Shown: positions 1 to 9,833 of the stretch, in pieces
How the letters are laid out: every line of letters starts with the position of its first letter
Position numbering within the stretch: the first letter of the stretch is position 1
Source: an uncultured Alphaproteobacteria bacterium
GTDB lineage: Bacteria; Pseudomonadota; Alphaproteobacteria; Rs-D84
DNA length: 51,373 nucleotides
Assembly (NCBI GenBank): GCA_905236005.1
Contig: CAJONJ010000035.1
Coordinates: 1 to 51,373, forward strand
Reading direction: 5' to 3'
The notes under the pieces: model-generated
What the model was told of the DNA's origin: nothing
Databases searched by the model: none
The model's input: only the letters and a program-made list of their open reading frames with translations
Translations under genes and position numbers: made by a program

Positions 1-16
1 CCGAATAACGCGACTT

Positions 17-45
17 ATAATAACCTTAAAATCCGCACAAGTCAA
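17..45 (-). promoter_or_regulatory. sigma70-type promoter firing leftward out of the window
   Basis: Minus strand TTGACT-17 nt-TATTAT followed by GC-rich AAGTCGCG; target lies outside the window. Confidence 0.6.
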
Positions 46-257
46 GGACTTTCTAAACATTTTGCAAAGAAAATTCATATACCGCAAAAATCCGCCTTTT
101 GCGGCAAAATTTGCCAGGGCGTGGACTTGATATGGACAGAAAAAATCAGGTAAAATCATAAACTGTTTGTGCAAAAATACCCTACATTATTCTTGGGAAA
201 TATAAAAAAAGAAAATATGGAATAGTAAATAGTTTTTTGCGTTTGAATAAAAACATA

Positions 258-286
258 TTGTTTTTTTTCGTAATTTATGGTACAAT
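258..286 (+). promoter_or_regulatory. sigma70 promoter of tail-fibre gene carrying shared spacer element TCGTAATTTATG
   Basis: TTGTTT-17 nt-TACAAT with extended -10 TG; 12-mer at 268-279 is identical to 49295-49306. Confidence 0.7.
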
Positions 287-295
287 ACAGTCACT

Positions 296-361
296 CAGCA
301 GACATATTCGTGTCAGCTGTTTTTTTTATTGCCTGCGTGTTTTTTTCTCGCAGTTTTTTTT
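296..361 (+). terminator. two tandem intrinsic terminator-like hairpins in tail-fibre leader
   Basis: CAGC-A-GACA/TGTC-A-GCTG + T8 (296-327); CTGCG/CGCAG + T8 (333-361), both between promoter and RBS. Confidence 0.6.
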
Positions 362-385
362 GTTATAACAAAAGGAGATAAATTT

Positions 386-1267
386 ATGCAAAAAGTATCA
401 TATATGGGAAACGGTTCTACAACCGAATTTGCTTTTAATTTTCCATATTTTGAAAATTCAAATATCATAGTGACTAAAAATAACGTAACCGCCACAGGAT
501 ACACAATTGTCGGTACATCAGCGGGTGCAGATGCAGATATTCCTTATACTGGGGGTAAAGTTGTTTTTGATGTTGCACCAACTGCATTAGATTGTATTTC
601 TATTGCACGTCAATTACCATTAACACGTATTGTTGATTATCAACCAACTGTTAAAATAGATCCTTGTGTGTTAAATCAAGATTTAAATTATTTAATGGAA
701 GTTATCAAAGACCGTCAAGATGAATTAGACGAACTGAGTACACAGTATGCAGAGATTGCAGATAAAGAATCTACAACAACACTGTTGGCACGTATTTCGG
801 CAATCCATGATGAAATTGTAGCTGTGTCAGCCCAAATTGCTGCACTGGGCGATATCAGTACACTGCGGACAGATGTGACAACAAATACGAATAACATTTC
901 AATACTGGATACCCGTACAACAAACCTAACAGATTATGTAATTATGTCCCAGACACCAACAGCAGAAAACAATTATACTTGGTATCGTAAATATAAATCT
1001 GGTTGGATTGAACAAGGCGGAATATGGACAGGAACAATTACAATACAATCAGATAATTCAGCAAACACAACAATCTATCTGCCTGTACAAATGTCTAACA
1101 CAAATTATTGTGTAAACGCAGTAAATAATTCTGGTGCAAACAGCGGAATCCCATGGGTTATGCTGTATGTTTGCGGTGTAACTGTATCATCCTTTATAGT
1201 AAGTATTGGTGCATACGGTAATACCAGAACCATAAACAGATTATCTTGGCAAGTATCTGGTATGTAG
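386..1267 (+). CDS. podophage-type tail fibre protein (T7 gp17-like N-terminal adaptor, coiled coil, gp53-like C-terminal domain)
   Basis: N-term Y-GNGSTTEFAFNFPY...RQLP...LNQDL; C-term WYRKYKSGWIEQGG...SWQVSG; AAGGAG RBS before ATG 386. Confidence 0.8.
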   Translation: MQKVSYMGNGSTTEFAFNFPYFENSNIIVTKNNVTATGYTIVGTSAGADADIPYTGGKVVFDVAPTALDCISIARQLPLTRIVDYQPTVKIDPCVLNQDLNYLMEVIKDRQDELDELSTQYAEIADKESTTTLLARISAIHDEIVAVSAQIAALGDISTLRTDVTTNTNNISILDTRTTNLTDYVIMSQTPTAENNYTWYRKYKSGWIEQGGIWTGTITIQSDNSANTTIYLPVQMSNTNYCVNAVNNSGANSGIPWVMLYVCGVTVSSFIVSIGAYGNTRTINRLSWQVSGM

Positions 1268-1269
1268 TA

Positions 1270-1298
1270 AAAAAATCCGGTTTTATACCGGATTTTTT
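1270..1298. terminator. bidirectional intrinsic terminator
   Basis: AAAAAATCCGG-TTTTATA-CCGGATTTTTT between convergent genes. Confidence 0.8.
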
Positions 1299-1714
1299 AT
1301 TTTTATAACTTTGGCAGGAATTCCTACAGCTATAGCATTATCGGGTACATCATTTATTACCACACTGTTTGCACCAATTGTTACATTTTTACCAATCTTA
1401 ACCGAACCAACTATTACAGCACCCGCATAAATTACAGTGTTTTCACCAATTGTTGGATAATGTTCTTTTGTCTTTCCATCACCAGTATCCAATGTTTTTG
1501 CACCTATAGTTACATTTGGATAAATCCAGCAATTATCACCAATAGTTGAAGGTCTTGCCACAACAATTCCAAACAAGTGCGGAAAATGAATTCCTCTTTT
1601 AATATAGTCATCGTAGTAACGAATATCACAACACGAATTCGGGTATCCTGGAAAAATTTCTTTATGTATGTTTTTATGATTAAAAATTTTACATGCTTTT
1701 TTTAATATAGTCAT
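1283..1714 (-). CDS. hexapeptide-repeat (serine acetyltransferase-like) O-acetyltransferase
   Basis: HFPHLFGIVV, IGDNCWIYPNVTIG, PTIGENTVIYAGAVIVG, VGIPAK; start 1714 preferred over 1723 from RBS spacing. Confidence 0.85.
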   Translation of the reverse strand: MTILKKACKIFNHKNIHKEIFPGYPNSCCDIRYYDDYIKRGIHFPHLFGIVVARPSTIGDNCWIYPNVTIGAKTLDTGDGKTKEHYPTIGENTVIYAGAVIVGSVKIGKNVTIGANSVVINDVPDNAIAVGIPAKVIKIKNPV

Positions 1715-2678
1715 ATTTATCATCCTTCGGTAAAACTAATAAATCTCCTAATTTTTTATTCCATTCCTCGGGCTCAAACTTTTCGTGTCCAGCTCCGTGA
1801 CAAAATGTCATTTCACCAAAATATATTTTATCGTCAACCATAAATAAATCTACTCTGACATGGGGAAAACCGCTACTTAATATTTTAGCTATTTTTTTCA
1901 TCGTTGAAAATCCAGCAGGCTTAACAATGTTTCCTTTATAAAGCGGATATAAAGTTGTAAACGGTTGTTTGTTAAATTCCATATCGTAAAAACAACGCTT
2001 ATGATCTGTAAATCTATCAATATCAATTTCACAATATTTTGGTACCCCATTAAAACAAAAAAATTTATAATCTAACAAATTTCCATCCATTTGTTCTATG
2101 TATTTTTCAGCGATAATTTTTGGTGGAATATCTTTGTATCCCCATTCAAAGAAATTGAAATAATGATTGCTTTCTGGACACATCCAATCAGTTAACTTCT
2201 GTTTTATATCTTTTACATCCATTTTAGATTTGTCTTTTATAATAATGTTTTGCCCAGATCCCCAGTTAATTTTTAAAACGAATTTGTCCGGCATGTTTTC
2301 AAAATCTATATCATCTGGACTATTATATACTCCAATGCAAGGAATTAAATATTGTGCACCGATTTTTTTTGCAATATAATCACGAACGGCTACTTTGTCT
2401 GCACATTGAGTCATTAACGGGTTACGATAATATAATTTTAACCATTGTAATTTTTCATTGAATGTTTCTGGATTTTCTATATGTAATCGACGACCCGTAT
2501 ACTTTTTAAATTGATATTTTAAACAATATTTCAATTCCGCATCCGTCAGTCCCTTAAAGCGGCGAGCATAAATTTTATCAAATTTTGAAACAAATTGTTT
2601 ATAATCGAAAATTTTTAAGCCAAACAAATAAACACCAATATGATTATTTGGTAATTTTTGTTTTTTTAATATTTTCAT
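1689..2678 (-). CDS. TupA-like ATP-grasp protein
   Basis: PETFNEKLQWLKL, ADKVAVRDY, DYKFFCFNG, HVRVDL, YFGEMTF motifs. Confidence 0.85.
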   Translation of the reverse strand: MKILKKQKLPNNHIGVYLFGLKIFDYKQFVSKFDKIYARRFKGLTDAELKYCLKYQFKKYTGRRLHIENPETFNEKLQWLKLYYRNPLMTQCADKVAVRDYIAKKIGAQYLIPCIGVYNSPDDIDFENMPDKFVLKINWGSGQNIIIKDKSKMDVKDIKQKLTDWMCPESNHYFNFFEWGYKDIPPKIIAEKYIEQMDGNLLDYKFFCFNGVPKYCEIDIDRFTDHKRCFYDMEFNKQPFTTLYPLYKGNIVKPAGFSTMKKIAKILSSGFPHVRVDLFMVDDKIYFGEMTFCHGAGHEKFEPEEWNKKLGDLLVLPKDDKYDYIKKSM

Positions 2679-3615
2679 TTTTCCAGCCTATAAATTTTTT
2701 TATACCTTGTTCAAAAGACGTTTTTGGATTGTATCCAAATAATCTTTTTGCTTTTGTGAAATCACAAACTGTTTTATCTACATCACCTGGTTGCATTGGT
2801 TTTTGATTTATAGTTGCTTTTTTGTTTAAAACCTTTTCTATGGTTTCAATCATGCGTGTTAATGTTATGGGTTCACCACCACCTAGGTTCACGATTTCAT
2901 AACCTGTTTTATTGTAATCTATGGCGGCACTTACACCAGAGATTATATCTTCTATGAATGTATAATCGCGTTTCGTTGTACCATCACCATACATATCAAT
3001 TGGTTCATCCTTTTCAATTTTTTCGACAAATTTACGAATAGCTAAATCAGGGCGTTGCCGTGGCCCATATACAGTGAAGAATCGTAAACATAACGCATTT
3101 ATATCATATAAATGATGATATGTATAGATTATCTGTTCACACGCTGATTTTGTCGCAGCATACGGGGATATAGGTTCTGTTACTTTTAAATCTTCATTAA
3201 AAGATTCTGCTTTGCAATTACCATATACTGAACTAGATGAAGCAAAAACAAGTTTTTTAATATTATGTGCTTTCATTTGCTCCAATATATTCACAGTTCC
3301 TAGTATGTTTGTTTCAACATATGCTATTGGGTTTTCTAAACTGGGACGAACACCCGCACGTGCTGCCAAATGGACAACAACATCAAATGCATTATCTGAA
3401 AAAACAGTACCCAAAGCGACCATATCACAGATATCACAACGATACAGTTTATAATTTGGATTGTTTATATTTGCACTGATATTTTTTTCTTTTAACCTTA
3501 CATCATAATAGTCATTAAAATTATCAACGACAACAATATGATGTCCCATCGATAATAATTTATCAGCCAAATTTGAACCAATAAAACCGGCACCACCGGT
3601 GATTAATATATTCAT
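2644..3615 (-). CDS. NAD-dependent nucleotide-sugar epimerase (UDP-glucuronate 4-epimerase-like)
   Basis: GGAGFIG, HLAARAGVRPS, ASSSSVYG, YAATK, RFFTVYGP, PGDV. Confidence 0.9.
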   Translation of the reverse strand: MNILITGGAGFIGSNLADKLLSMGHHIVVVDNFNDYYDVRLKEKNISANINNPNYKLYRCDICDMVALGTVFSDNAFDVVVHLAARAGVRPSLENPIAYVETNILGTVNILEQMKAHNIKKLVFASSSSVYGNCKAESFNEDLKVTEPISPYAATKSACEQIIYTYHHLYDINALCLRFFTVYGPRQRPDLAIRKFVEKIEKDEPIDMYGDGTTKRDYTFIEDIISGVSAAIDYNKTGYEIVNLGGGEPITLTRMIETIEKVLNKKATINQKPMQPGDVDKTVCDFTKAKRLFGYNPKTSFEQGIKKFIGWKNENIKKTKITK

Positions 3616-3624
3616 TTTCTACCC

Positions 3625-5640
3625 CTATGGTCGCATATATTTATCTTTGAATTTATGACGCATTTTACGATTTGGAATAAAGCAACATATTAATTTGCAA
3701 AACCATTTTGGTAAAACACGTGTCGATATTATTTTTGTCGGATCGTCTATGTGATGAATTATTTTCACAAATTCATCGTAAAACGGTGTCATTCTAGCAT
3801 AAAAAACAAAACTATCTACGATTTCTGACGGATATTCATTCGGATACATGTCAGGCTTGTTACCACAAAAATGTCGTATTAAAATACCATCCTTACCTAA
3901 ATTTTCATTTACATAGTTAGCTATTTCATTATTTCCAGACATTTGACTATATTCTCCAAACCAATTAAATCTATGCGGTAACCATTGATAATTCTGTTCA
4001 AAACATTTATTTATTGGATCCTGAGAGTTAAACAGTTTTAAATCTCGTATTTGTTTATCTGATTCTATAATTTTGGTTATAATATTCTGATTACGCCATT
4101 TTTCACAATCAATTAATAAAACCCCAGCATTAAAATATAAATGATTATTATCTATATATTTATATGCTTGATCCTGGATTGATTTATTAAATAACACATA
4201 CGAATCACCAATTGCACCAATTGTAAAATCATTTAGATTACTATCATATAATTCGCCGATATCGCCCCATACCAACAGATCAGTATCAATATATAAGGCA
4301 CGCTTTATATTTGGTAATAATCCAGGCATTAAAAAACGTGAATAATTAGCAATATTTTTTGTATAAACTGCATTTTTAGATTTAGCTACAAAATTATCTA
4401 CAATATATTGACGATTTTTATGTGATAAATTCAACCAATGAATATAACAATTTTTAAATATCTTACATAGTTTTGATACGGTCGTTTTGTTTTTCTTGGA
4501 TATATTATCAACCAAAATATAAAAATGACAATTGCGTTTTGTGTTATAACAAACACTAGCGACGGTTGTTGCCACATATCGCAAGTAATTAGTATCTGTT
4601 GTTAGGAATATATTTATTTTACTTTTTATGTATCTTTTAAACTTTATTTTTATACCAAGTATGCAAAATACTTTATATTTATCATCTTTTGAATGTTTGA
4701 TAGAAAATATATGCTCAATAAATTTATAATTATCATTTCCCCATAAACATTCTGAAAAAGTTTTTTTATTGTATTTGTGATACCGTTTATCGCATTTTTC
4801 TATAATTTTTGAATTATTAAATTCTTGTGCTAAATGTTTAGTGCATTGAATAATATTATTTGCCCATGTTTGAAATTGCAGTTTGTGTTTTTTGTATAAT
4901 TTATGTACAATTAAGTGATTATATACATTATCAACAATGTACAGAATATCGCCAAGTTTATCGCCTTTGTTTTCTTTATTTCCCATGATTGAATCATTAC
5001 GAATTAAGTAATTATAAAATTTATTTGGTATGAATATACCTCGGCGAACTTTGGTATTATAATACCAATTAAAACTTTCATCTTCATTGATTAAACCCAC
5101 ATCAAAACGTAAGTGGTATTTGTCAATAATACTCTTTTTATACAATTTTCCCCATGCTACAGCTGGTCCGGATATTACTTCTGATCCAGATAAATTTGTT
5201 GTTTGACTGTTTGTGTCGAAATACTGAACCTTACCATCAAAAGCATTTGGTTTATTTTTTCCGGTATAAAATGGTTTTACCCCAGCAATAACAATGTCTA
5301 TATCATCGCTACGCATTGTTTTTAGCATAGTTTCAATAGTCTCAGGTTCAATATAATCATCTGAATCTAAGAAATATATATATTGACCAGTTGCTATATC
5401 TAAACCTGTATTGCGTGCCGCAGATAAACCGCCGTTTGTTTGATGAACAACACGAATACGTTTATCTTTTTTCGCAAATTTATCACACATTTGCGGACAC
5501 TTATCAGGTGAACCATCATCTACAAGGATGATTTCTAAATTTGTGTACGTTTGACCAATTACAGATTTAACACATTGTCCCAAATAATCTTCAACTTTAT
5601 ACACAGGGATAATAATACTTATCAATTCTTTAGATTTCAT
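3625..5640 (-). CDS. GT2-GT8 fusion glycosyltransferase
   Basis: N-term IIPVYKVE, VDDGSPD, FLDSDD; C-term YSRF, YIDTD, YFNAGVLLI, SQD, HFCGNKP. Confidence 0.88.
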   Translation of the reverse strand: MKSKELISIIIPVYKVEDYLGQCVKSVIGQTYTNLEIILVDDGSPDKCPQMCDKFAKKDKRIRVVHQTNGGLSAARNTGLDIATGQYIYFLDSDDYIEPETIETMLKTMRSDDIDIVIAGVKPFYTGKNKPNAFDGKVQYFDTNSQTTNLSGSEVISGPAVAWGKLYKKSIIDKYHLRFDVGLINEDESFNWYYNTKVRRGIFIPNKFYNYLIRNDSIMGNKENKGDKLGDILYIVDNVYNHLIVHKLYKKHKLQFQTWANNIIQCTKHLAQEFNNSKIIEKCDKRYHKYNKKTFSECLWGNDNYKFIEHIFSIKHSKDDKYKVFCILGIKIKFKRYIKSKINIFLTTDTNYLRYVATTVASVCYNTKRNCHFYILVDNISKKNKTTVSKLCKIFKNCYIHWLNLSHKNRQYIVDNFVAKSKNAVYTKNIANYSRFLMPGLLPNIKRALYIDTDLLVWGDIGELYDSNLNDFTIGAIGDSYVLFNKSIQDQAYKYIDNNHLYFNAGVLLIDCEKWRNQNIITKIIESDKQIRDLKLFNSQDPINKCFEQNYQWLPHRFNWFGEYSQMSGNNEIANYVNENLGKDGILIRHFCGNKPDMYPNEYPSEIVDSFVFYARMTPFYDEFVKIIHHIDDPTKIISTRVLPKWFCKLICCFIPNRKMRHKFKDKYMRP

Positions 5641-5652
5641 ATCGTGCTGTCC

Positions 5653-6660
5653 TTATTTTAATTTATTTTTCATATCTGATTGTTTTTGTGTGTAATACTT
5701 TCTTGTGTGTCCAAATGTCAAATGTTTCAATATAGTAGATTTTATATATTGAAACTTATAGAATTTTAGCTTTCTTAGATTAAAATCAGAACAATTTTCA
5801 CTTTCTATAAAAAACCGAAAATCTATATCAAAATATTTTTTATATGGTGACTGTAATAATTTATATTTCTTAATAAATTGAATTAAAACTTCAGCAATAG
5901 AATTTCGTTGTTCTTCTGAAAAATTGACACTATACATTCTGTAAAAAGGTTCTACTCTTATAAAAGATAAAGCATGTAGTTTGTTTCTATCAATAACTTT
6001 GTATTTGTCATAAAAATTATTTAAAATATCAAACCATTTTTTTATATCTTTTGTTAATTGAACAGGATCTATTGTGTGTTCACTAGAATCTTTATGTTGT
6101 CTATAAAAATAATACGGATGTGGAACAAAACTTACATTATCAGTTAATGCTAGCAATTGATGTGAAAATAGACCGTCTTCACAAATTTGCAAGTGTTCGG
6201 GGTATCTTACATAAGGGTATTTATCTAAAAAACTTTTTTTGATACCGATAGCCATTGTTGGTAATGCACCAAGAACTTCTCTTTTTCTTTGATACCAATT
6301 ATAATTACCTATTACCAAAATATCTGGAAAGTTTTTTTGTTCTATATCTGCAACAATTTTTTCTACATAATCCGGCTCTATTGTGTCATCAGAATCTACA
6401 AAAATTATATAGTCACCTGTTGTTGCAGATATACCATCATTTCTAGCCATAGACACACCATCATTTTCTTTATCTATAATCTTTATCCTGCTATCTTGCT
6501 TTCCGTAATCATTTAATATATTCAACGAATTATCCTTAGAACCATCATTAATGCATATCACCTCTATATTTTTATAAGTTTGACACATAACACTATCAAT
6601 GCATTCGTGTAAATATTTTTCCATGTTATATACTGGAATTATTATAGAAACTTTAAGCAT
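5653..6660 (-). CDS. GT2 family glycosyltransferase
   Basis: IIPVYN, INDGSKD, FVDSDD, ED motif. Confidence 0.88.
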   Translation of the reverse strand: MLKVSIIIPVYNMEKYLHECIDSVMCQTYKNIEVICINDGSKDNSLNILNDYGKQDSRIKIIDKENDGVSMARNDGISATTGDYIIFVDSDDTIEPDYVEKIVADIEQKNFPDILVIGNYNWYQRKREVLGALPTMAIGIKKSFLDKYPYVRYPEHLQICEDGLFSHQLLALTDNVSFVPHPYYFYRQHKDSSEHTIDPVQLTKDIKKWFDILNNFYDKYKVIDRNKLHALSFIRVEPFYRMYSVNFSEEQRNSIAEVLIQFIKKYKLLQSPYKKYFDIDFRFFIESENCSDFNLRKLKFYKFQYIKSTILKHLTFGHTRKYYTQKQSDMKNKLK

Positions 6661-7588
6661 TATGCTTCCTTTTTATTTTTATATTTACACCACAAAGTGT
6701 GATTACTTTATACTTGCCATCTGATGAATTGGTTAAACAAAATATTTTCTGTAATACATGTTCCAGCTTTTTCATAAAACATATGTGTTCCACAGGATAT
6801 TTATTATGTTTCAACATATATATTTTTTCATCATCCCACCAAGTACTCTGATTCCAATGAATTGCCACGGTTTTCTCTGTAAAAGATTTATTTTGAAATA
6901 CACACCATGTCGGACAAAAATATTCACAAGGATAAATTGTTATTGTTTTAGATTTATCTTGCCATATACATTCGTGTGTATACAAATCATAATCATCTAA
7001 TTGTTTAGTTGGAACTAATGGATCAAAATATTTACCTGCTCTAGATTCTTGGCTTTTTGTTTTGAAAGATAGTCTCGTAAAACCATATTGTTCTTGTAAC
7101 AGTTTTTTCATTATCACATTGGCAATAAAATTATCTATAGAAAAGATATCTTCAGATTCGTATATTTTCATACATTCTTTAAATACTTTATGTCCAGCTA
7201 CACCACCCATAACAGCGGGCTCTGGAATGTTTTCTCCAAACAAAATATCGCCTTCGATACTAATAAAAAAATCGTTTTCTAAAAATTTATCAAAATTGCT
7301 TACAACTTCTACATCAGTATCTAAATATATACCACCATGTTTATATAAAGCATAATGTCTAATATAATCAGAAACAAAAGCCCATAATTTTAATTCATAC
7401 GCACGTTTTACAAACGGAGATTTGCTGATAATTTCTTGAAATTCTGGCATTTTATCATGCCATAACATTAATTTGTAATCTGGACAATGTTTCAACCATG
7501 AATTTATACACATCCGTACTTGTGATTTTTTGTCTTTTTGCCAAATATTAACGTCATCATAAAAATAATGTATTATTTTTGGTATCAC
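6653..7588 (-). CDS. GT32 (DXD, Och1-like) glycosyltransferase
   Basis: IPKIIHY, AFVSDYIR, GGIYLDTDVE; GTG start with GGGGG(T)G RBS. Confidence 0.85.
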   Translation of the reverse strand: MIPKIIHYFYDDVNIWQKDKKSQVRMCINSWLKHCPDYKLMLWHDKMPEFQEIISKSPFVKRAYELKLWAFVSDYIRHYALYKHGGIYLDTDVEVVSNFDKFLENDFFISIEGDILFGENIPEPAVMGGVAGHKVFKECMKIYESEDIFSIDNFIANVIMKKLLQEQYGFTRLSFKTKSQESRAGKYFDPLVPTKQLDDYDLYTHECIWQDKSKTITIYPCEYFCPTWCVFQNKSFTEKTVAIHWNQSTWWDDEKIYMLKHNKYPVEHICFMKKLEHVLQKIFCLTNSSDGKYKVITLCGVNIKIKRKHNA

Positions 7589-7605
7589 TATTTCACCCCC
7601 CGTTT

Positions 7606-7974
7606 TTATGAATTACGACCATACATATCTTCAAACCGAACAATATCTGTTTCATCTAATATATCGCCCATCTGAATTTCAACAATTTCAACAACTTCGT
7701 TTGTTAAATTTTCTAGTCTATGTCTGGTTTGTACAAGAATATCAATTGACTGTCCGAAACCATACGTCTTTGTTATATCCCCAACGGTTATTGTTGGATT
7801 CCCTTTGACAACAGTCCAATGTTCATCACGATGCAAATGTGTTTGTAACGACAATGATTGGTGCGGATTGACCGTAATAACCTTTGCAATATACTTATCA
7901 CCAACCGTAATACATTTCCATGTCCCCCACGGACGTGTTCCGATTTCATTCAGGTTGTATTTTATTTCGCTCAT
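7606..7974 (-). CDS. cupin, mannose-6-phosphate isomerase type II (ManC C-terminal domain)
   Basis: RPWG, SLSLQTHLHRDEHWTVV, HRLEN, DIVRFEDMYGR. Confidence 0.88.
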   Translation of the reverse strand: MSEIKYNLNEIGTRPWGTWKCITVGDKYIAKVITVNPHQSLSLQTHLHRDEHWTVVKGNPTITVGDITKTYGFGQSIDILVQTRHRLENLTNEVVEIVEIQMGDILDETDIVRFEDMYGRNS

Positions 7975-8114
7975 TTCTAACCTTTTATCAGTCGAAGCTA
8001 TGATTTTGTGTTTTGTTAACAGGTTTTCAGTTAATATTAAACCAATCCTTAGACCATAGTTTTCTCTACATATGATTCCATGCCATCGTATTGCAAAAGC
8101 ACGAACAAATCAAG

Positions 8115-9230
8115 TTAAAACTTATTGATGCGTTCTATCTTAAATTGAATTCCAAATAAATAATATTTAGCATAATTTAAAAAATATTTTATTTTATAAA
8201 CAGGTAATCCAATAACGTAAACCGTTTTAGAGTCAATGTCGTTTAGTATTGATAATATACCAAGCACATATTTTTTTACATGTTTAAACTTATTATTAGC
8301 AATCATATCCATAATTCGATTATTGTAGCCCCCTAAATCTTGCGGAATGTAATTTTTCTTTACAAAATCGTATGCTAATTTATTTATATCATTTTGATAA
8401 TTTTTACCTGCGTGCCAATGGGCATAATTAAAATATGTAACGAATATAGATGACCAAAAATATTTTGAATTATTGTCATATTTTTTATGCTTTTTCATAT
8501 AATCAAAACAAGCAATTGCTATTTTTAAATGATCAATCGCAGAATTATCACATTTTTTTAATGTTTGATTCATAATGGATCCAACCCTGCGACGATAATT
8601 ATACAATTGTTTGTCTATAAATGTTATATTTTTCGCCCATAACATGTACATTTTAAAAAAATATGCATCTTCATATTTCAATCCAACGGGATATTCCAAT
8701 TGATGCTCTTGTAATTTCGATTTTTTGTAAATCTTGTTCCATACATTAACATTGCAAGCATCTATAATGTCATTTGTCACATTATGAGTACCAGTATATT
8801 TAATGCTATAATTTGTAATATCACTTGTCCTAAATTCTTCATCTGCCTCATAAATAACATTTGTGCCACACATTGCAATATCTGAACCAGATTGTTCAAT
8901 CGCATTAAACATTTCTTGACACATTGTTGGATCATAGAAATCATCACTGTCACAGAACATCAAATATGGTGCTGAACTGTGTTCAATACCGGTGTTTCTA
9001 GAAGCAGACAGTCCAGAATTTTTTTTGTGTCGCACAATTTTTATACGATTGTCGGTTTTGGCATATTTCTCTACAATAGCCATAGAATTATCTGTACCAC
9101 AATCATCAACAACTATAATTTCAATGTCAGAAAAGGTTTGATTAACAACAGATCTAATACATTCGTCTACATAGGATTCAACATTATATACGGGTATAAC
9201 AATAGAAATCTTTGGGCTTTTTTTCTGCAT
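8115..9230 (-). CDS. GT2 family glycosyltransferase
   Basis: VIPVYNVE, VDDCGTD, FCDSDD, VWNKIY, YED. Confidence 0.88.
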   Translation of the reverse strand: MQKKSPKISIVIPVYNVESYVDECIRSVVNQTFSDIEIIVVDDCGTDNSMAIVEKYAKTDNRIKIVRHKKNSGLSASRNTGIEHSSAPYLMFCDSDDFYDPTMCQEMFNAIEQSGSDIAMCGTNVIYEADEEFRTSDITNYSIKYTGTHNVTNDIIDACNVNVWNKIYKKSKLQEHQLEYPVGLKYEDAYFFKMYMLWAKNITFIDKQLYNYRRRVGSIMNQTLKKCDNSAIDHLKIAIACFDYMKKHKKYDNNSKYFWSSIFVTYFNYAHWHAGKNYQNDINKLAYDFVKKNYIPQDLGGYNNRIMDMIANNKFKHVKKYVLGILSILNDIDSKTVYVIGLPVYKIKYFLNYAKYYLFGIQFKIERINKF

Positions 9231-9404
9231 GTTACGTTTCTTTGGTTTGTTGTAGCCTTGCTTGATATATTTTCCTTTAGGCTAGCATCGCACAACACAC
9301 AGGAAAAATCAAGTTGTATTTCTATTATTTTTGATACGTATTTAAATTATTTGATTTTGGTAAATTTAAAAATACCCACCTGGATTGGTGGGTAAATATT
9401 ATTT

Positions 9405-9644
9405 TTAGTTATCTTTATCATCAGTGATGTATTTAAAGAAATCTTGGGGACTGGAATTAGTAGCTGCCAGTATTTTAGCAATACTGTTAGTTGATGGCCA
9501 GCGTGGTTGTTCGTATTTAGAAAACCGTTTGCTTTTATTAAAAGTCGTTGGGTCCAGACCACTGCATTTTGCCAAACCAGAACAAGACATATTATGTTCT
9601 TTGGCAAATAATTCAATAGCCCGCCAGATTTGATTGTGATTCAT
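9405..9644 (-). CDS. XRE/Cro-type HTH regulator (alphaproteobacterial GLDPTTFNKSKR family) without S24 peptidase domain
   Basis: IWRAI...SGLAK.SGLDPTTFNKSKR...RWPST.SIAKIL; AAGGAG RBS before ATG 9644; 79 aa. Confidence 0.85.
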   Translation of the reverse strand: MNHNQIWRAIELFAKEHNMSCSGLAKCSGLDPTTFNKSKRFSKYEQPRWPSTNSIAKILAATNSSPQDFFKYITDDKDN

Positions 9645-9669
9645 GTTTTTTCTCCTTTGGTTATACATA

Positions 9670-9774
9670 ACGAATATTATCATAAGATAGAATTAAATCA
9701 AACAATACAATCATAAATAGAAAACGTTCCTATAATATACAGGATTTTTATCATTTTTGTAGGAATTTGAACAT
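9670..9774. promoter_or_regulatory. four related 14-bp boxes, putative autoregulatory operators
   Basis: ACGAATATTATCAT 9670, AGGAACGTTTTCTA (minus, 9718-9731), AGGATTTTTATCAT 9741, AGGAATTTGAACAT 9761. Confidence 0.45.
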
Positions 9775-9792
9775 AGTGATAATTCAAAATAC

Positions 9793-9820
9793 TTGAAATA
9801 GGATTTTTTTGTCCTATACT
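9793..9820 (+). promoter_or_regulatory. sigma70 promoter for T-box/aspS transcript
   Basis: TTGAAA-16 nt-TATACT ending 13 nt before stem I. Confidence 0.7.
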
Positions 9821-9833
9821 ACAAAGTAGCAAA

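Noticed and set aside
386-1267. Shufflon or DGR diversification of the tail fibre
   Set aside because: No alternative C-terminal cassettes, template repeat, invertase or reverse transcriptase nearby
8050-8085. Short minus-strand uORF (MESYVEKTMV) upstream of the cupin gene
   Set aside because: No attenuator structure or informative codon run; likely chance
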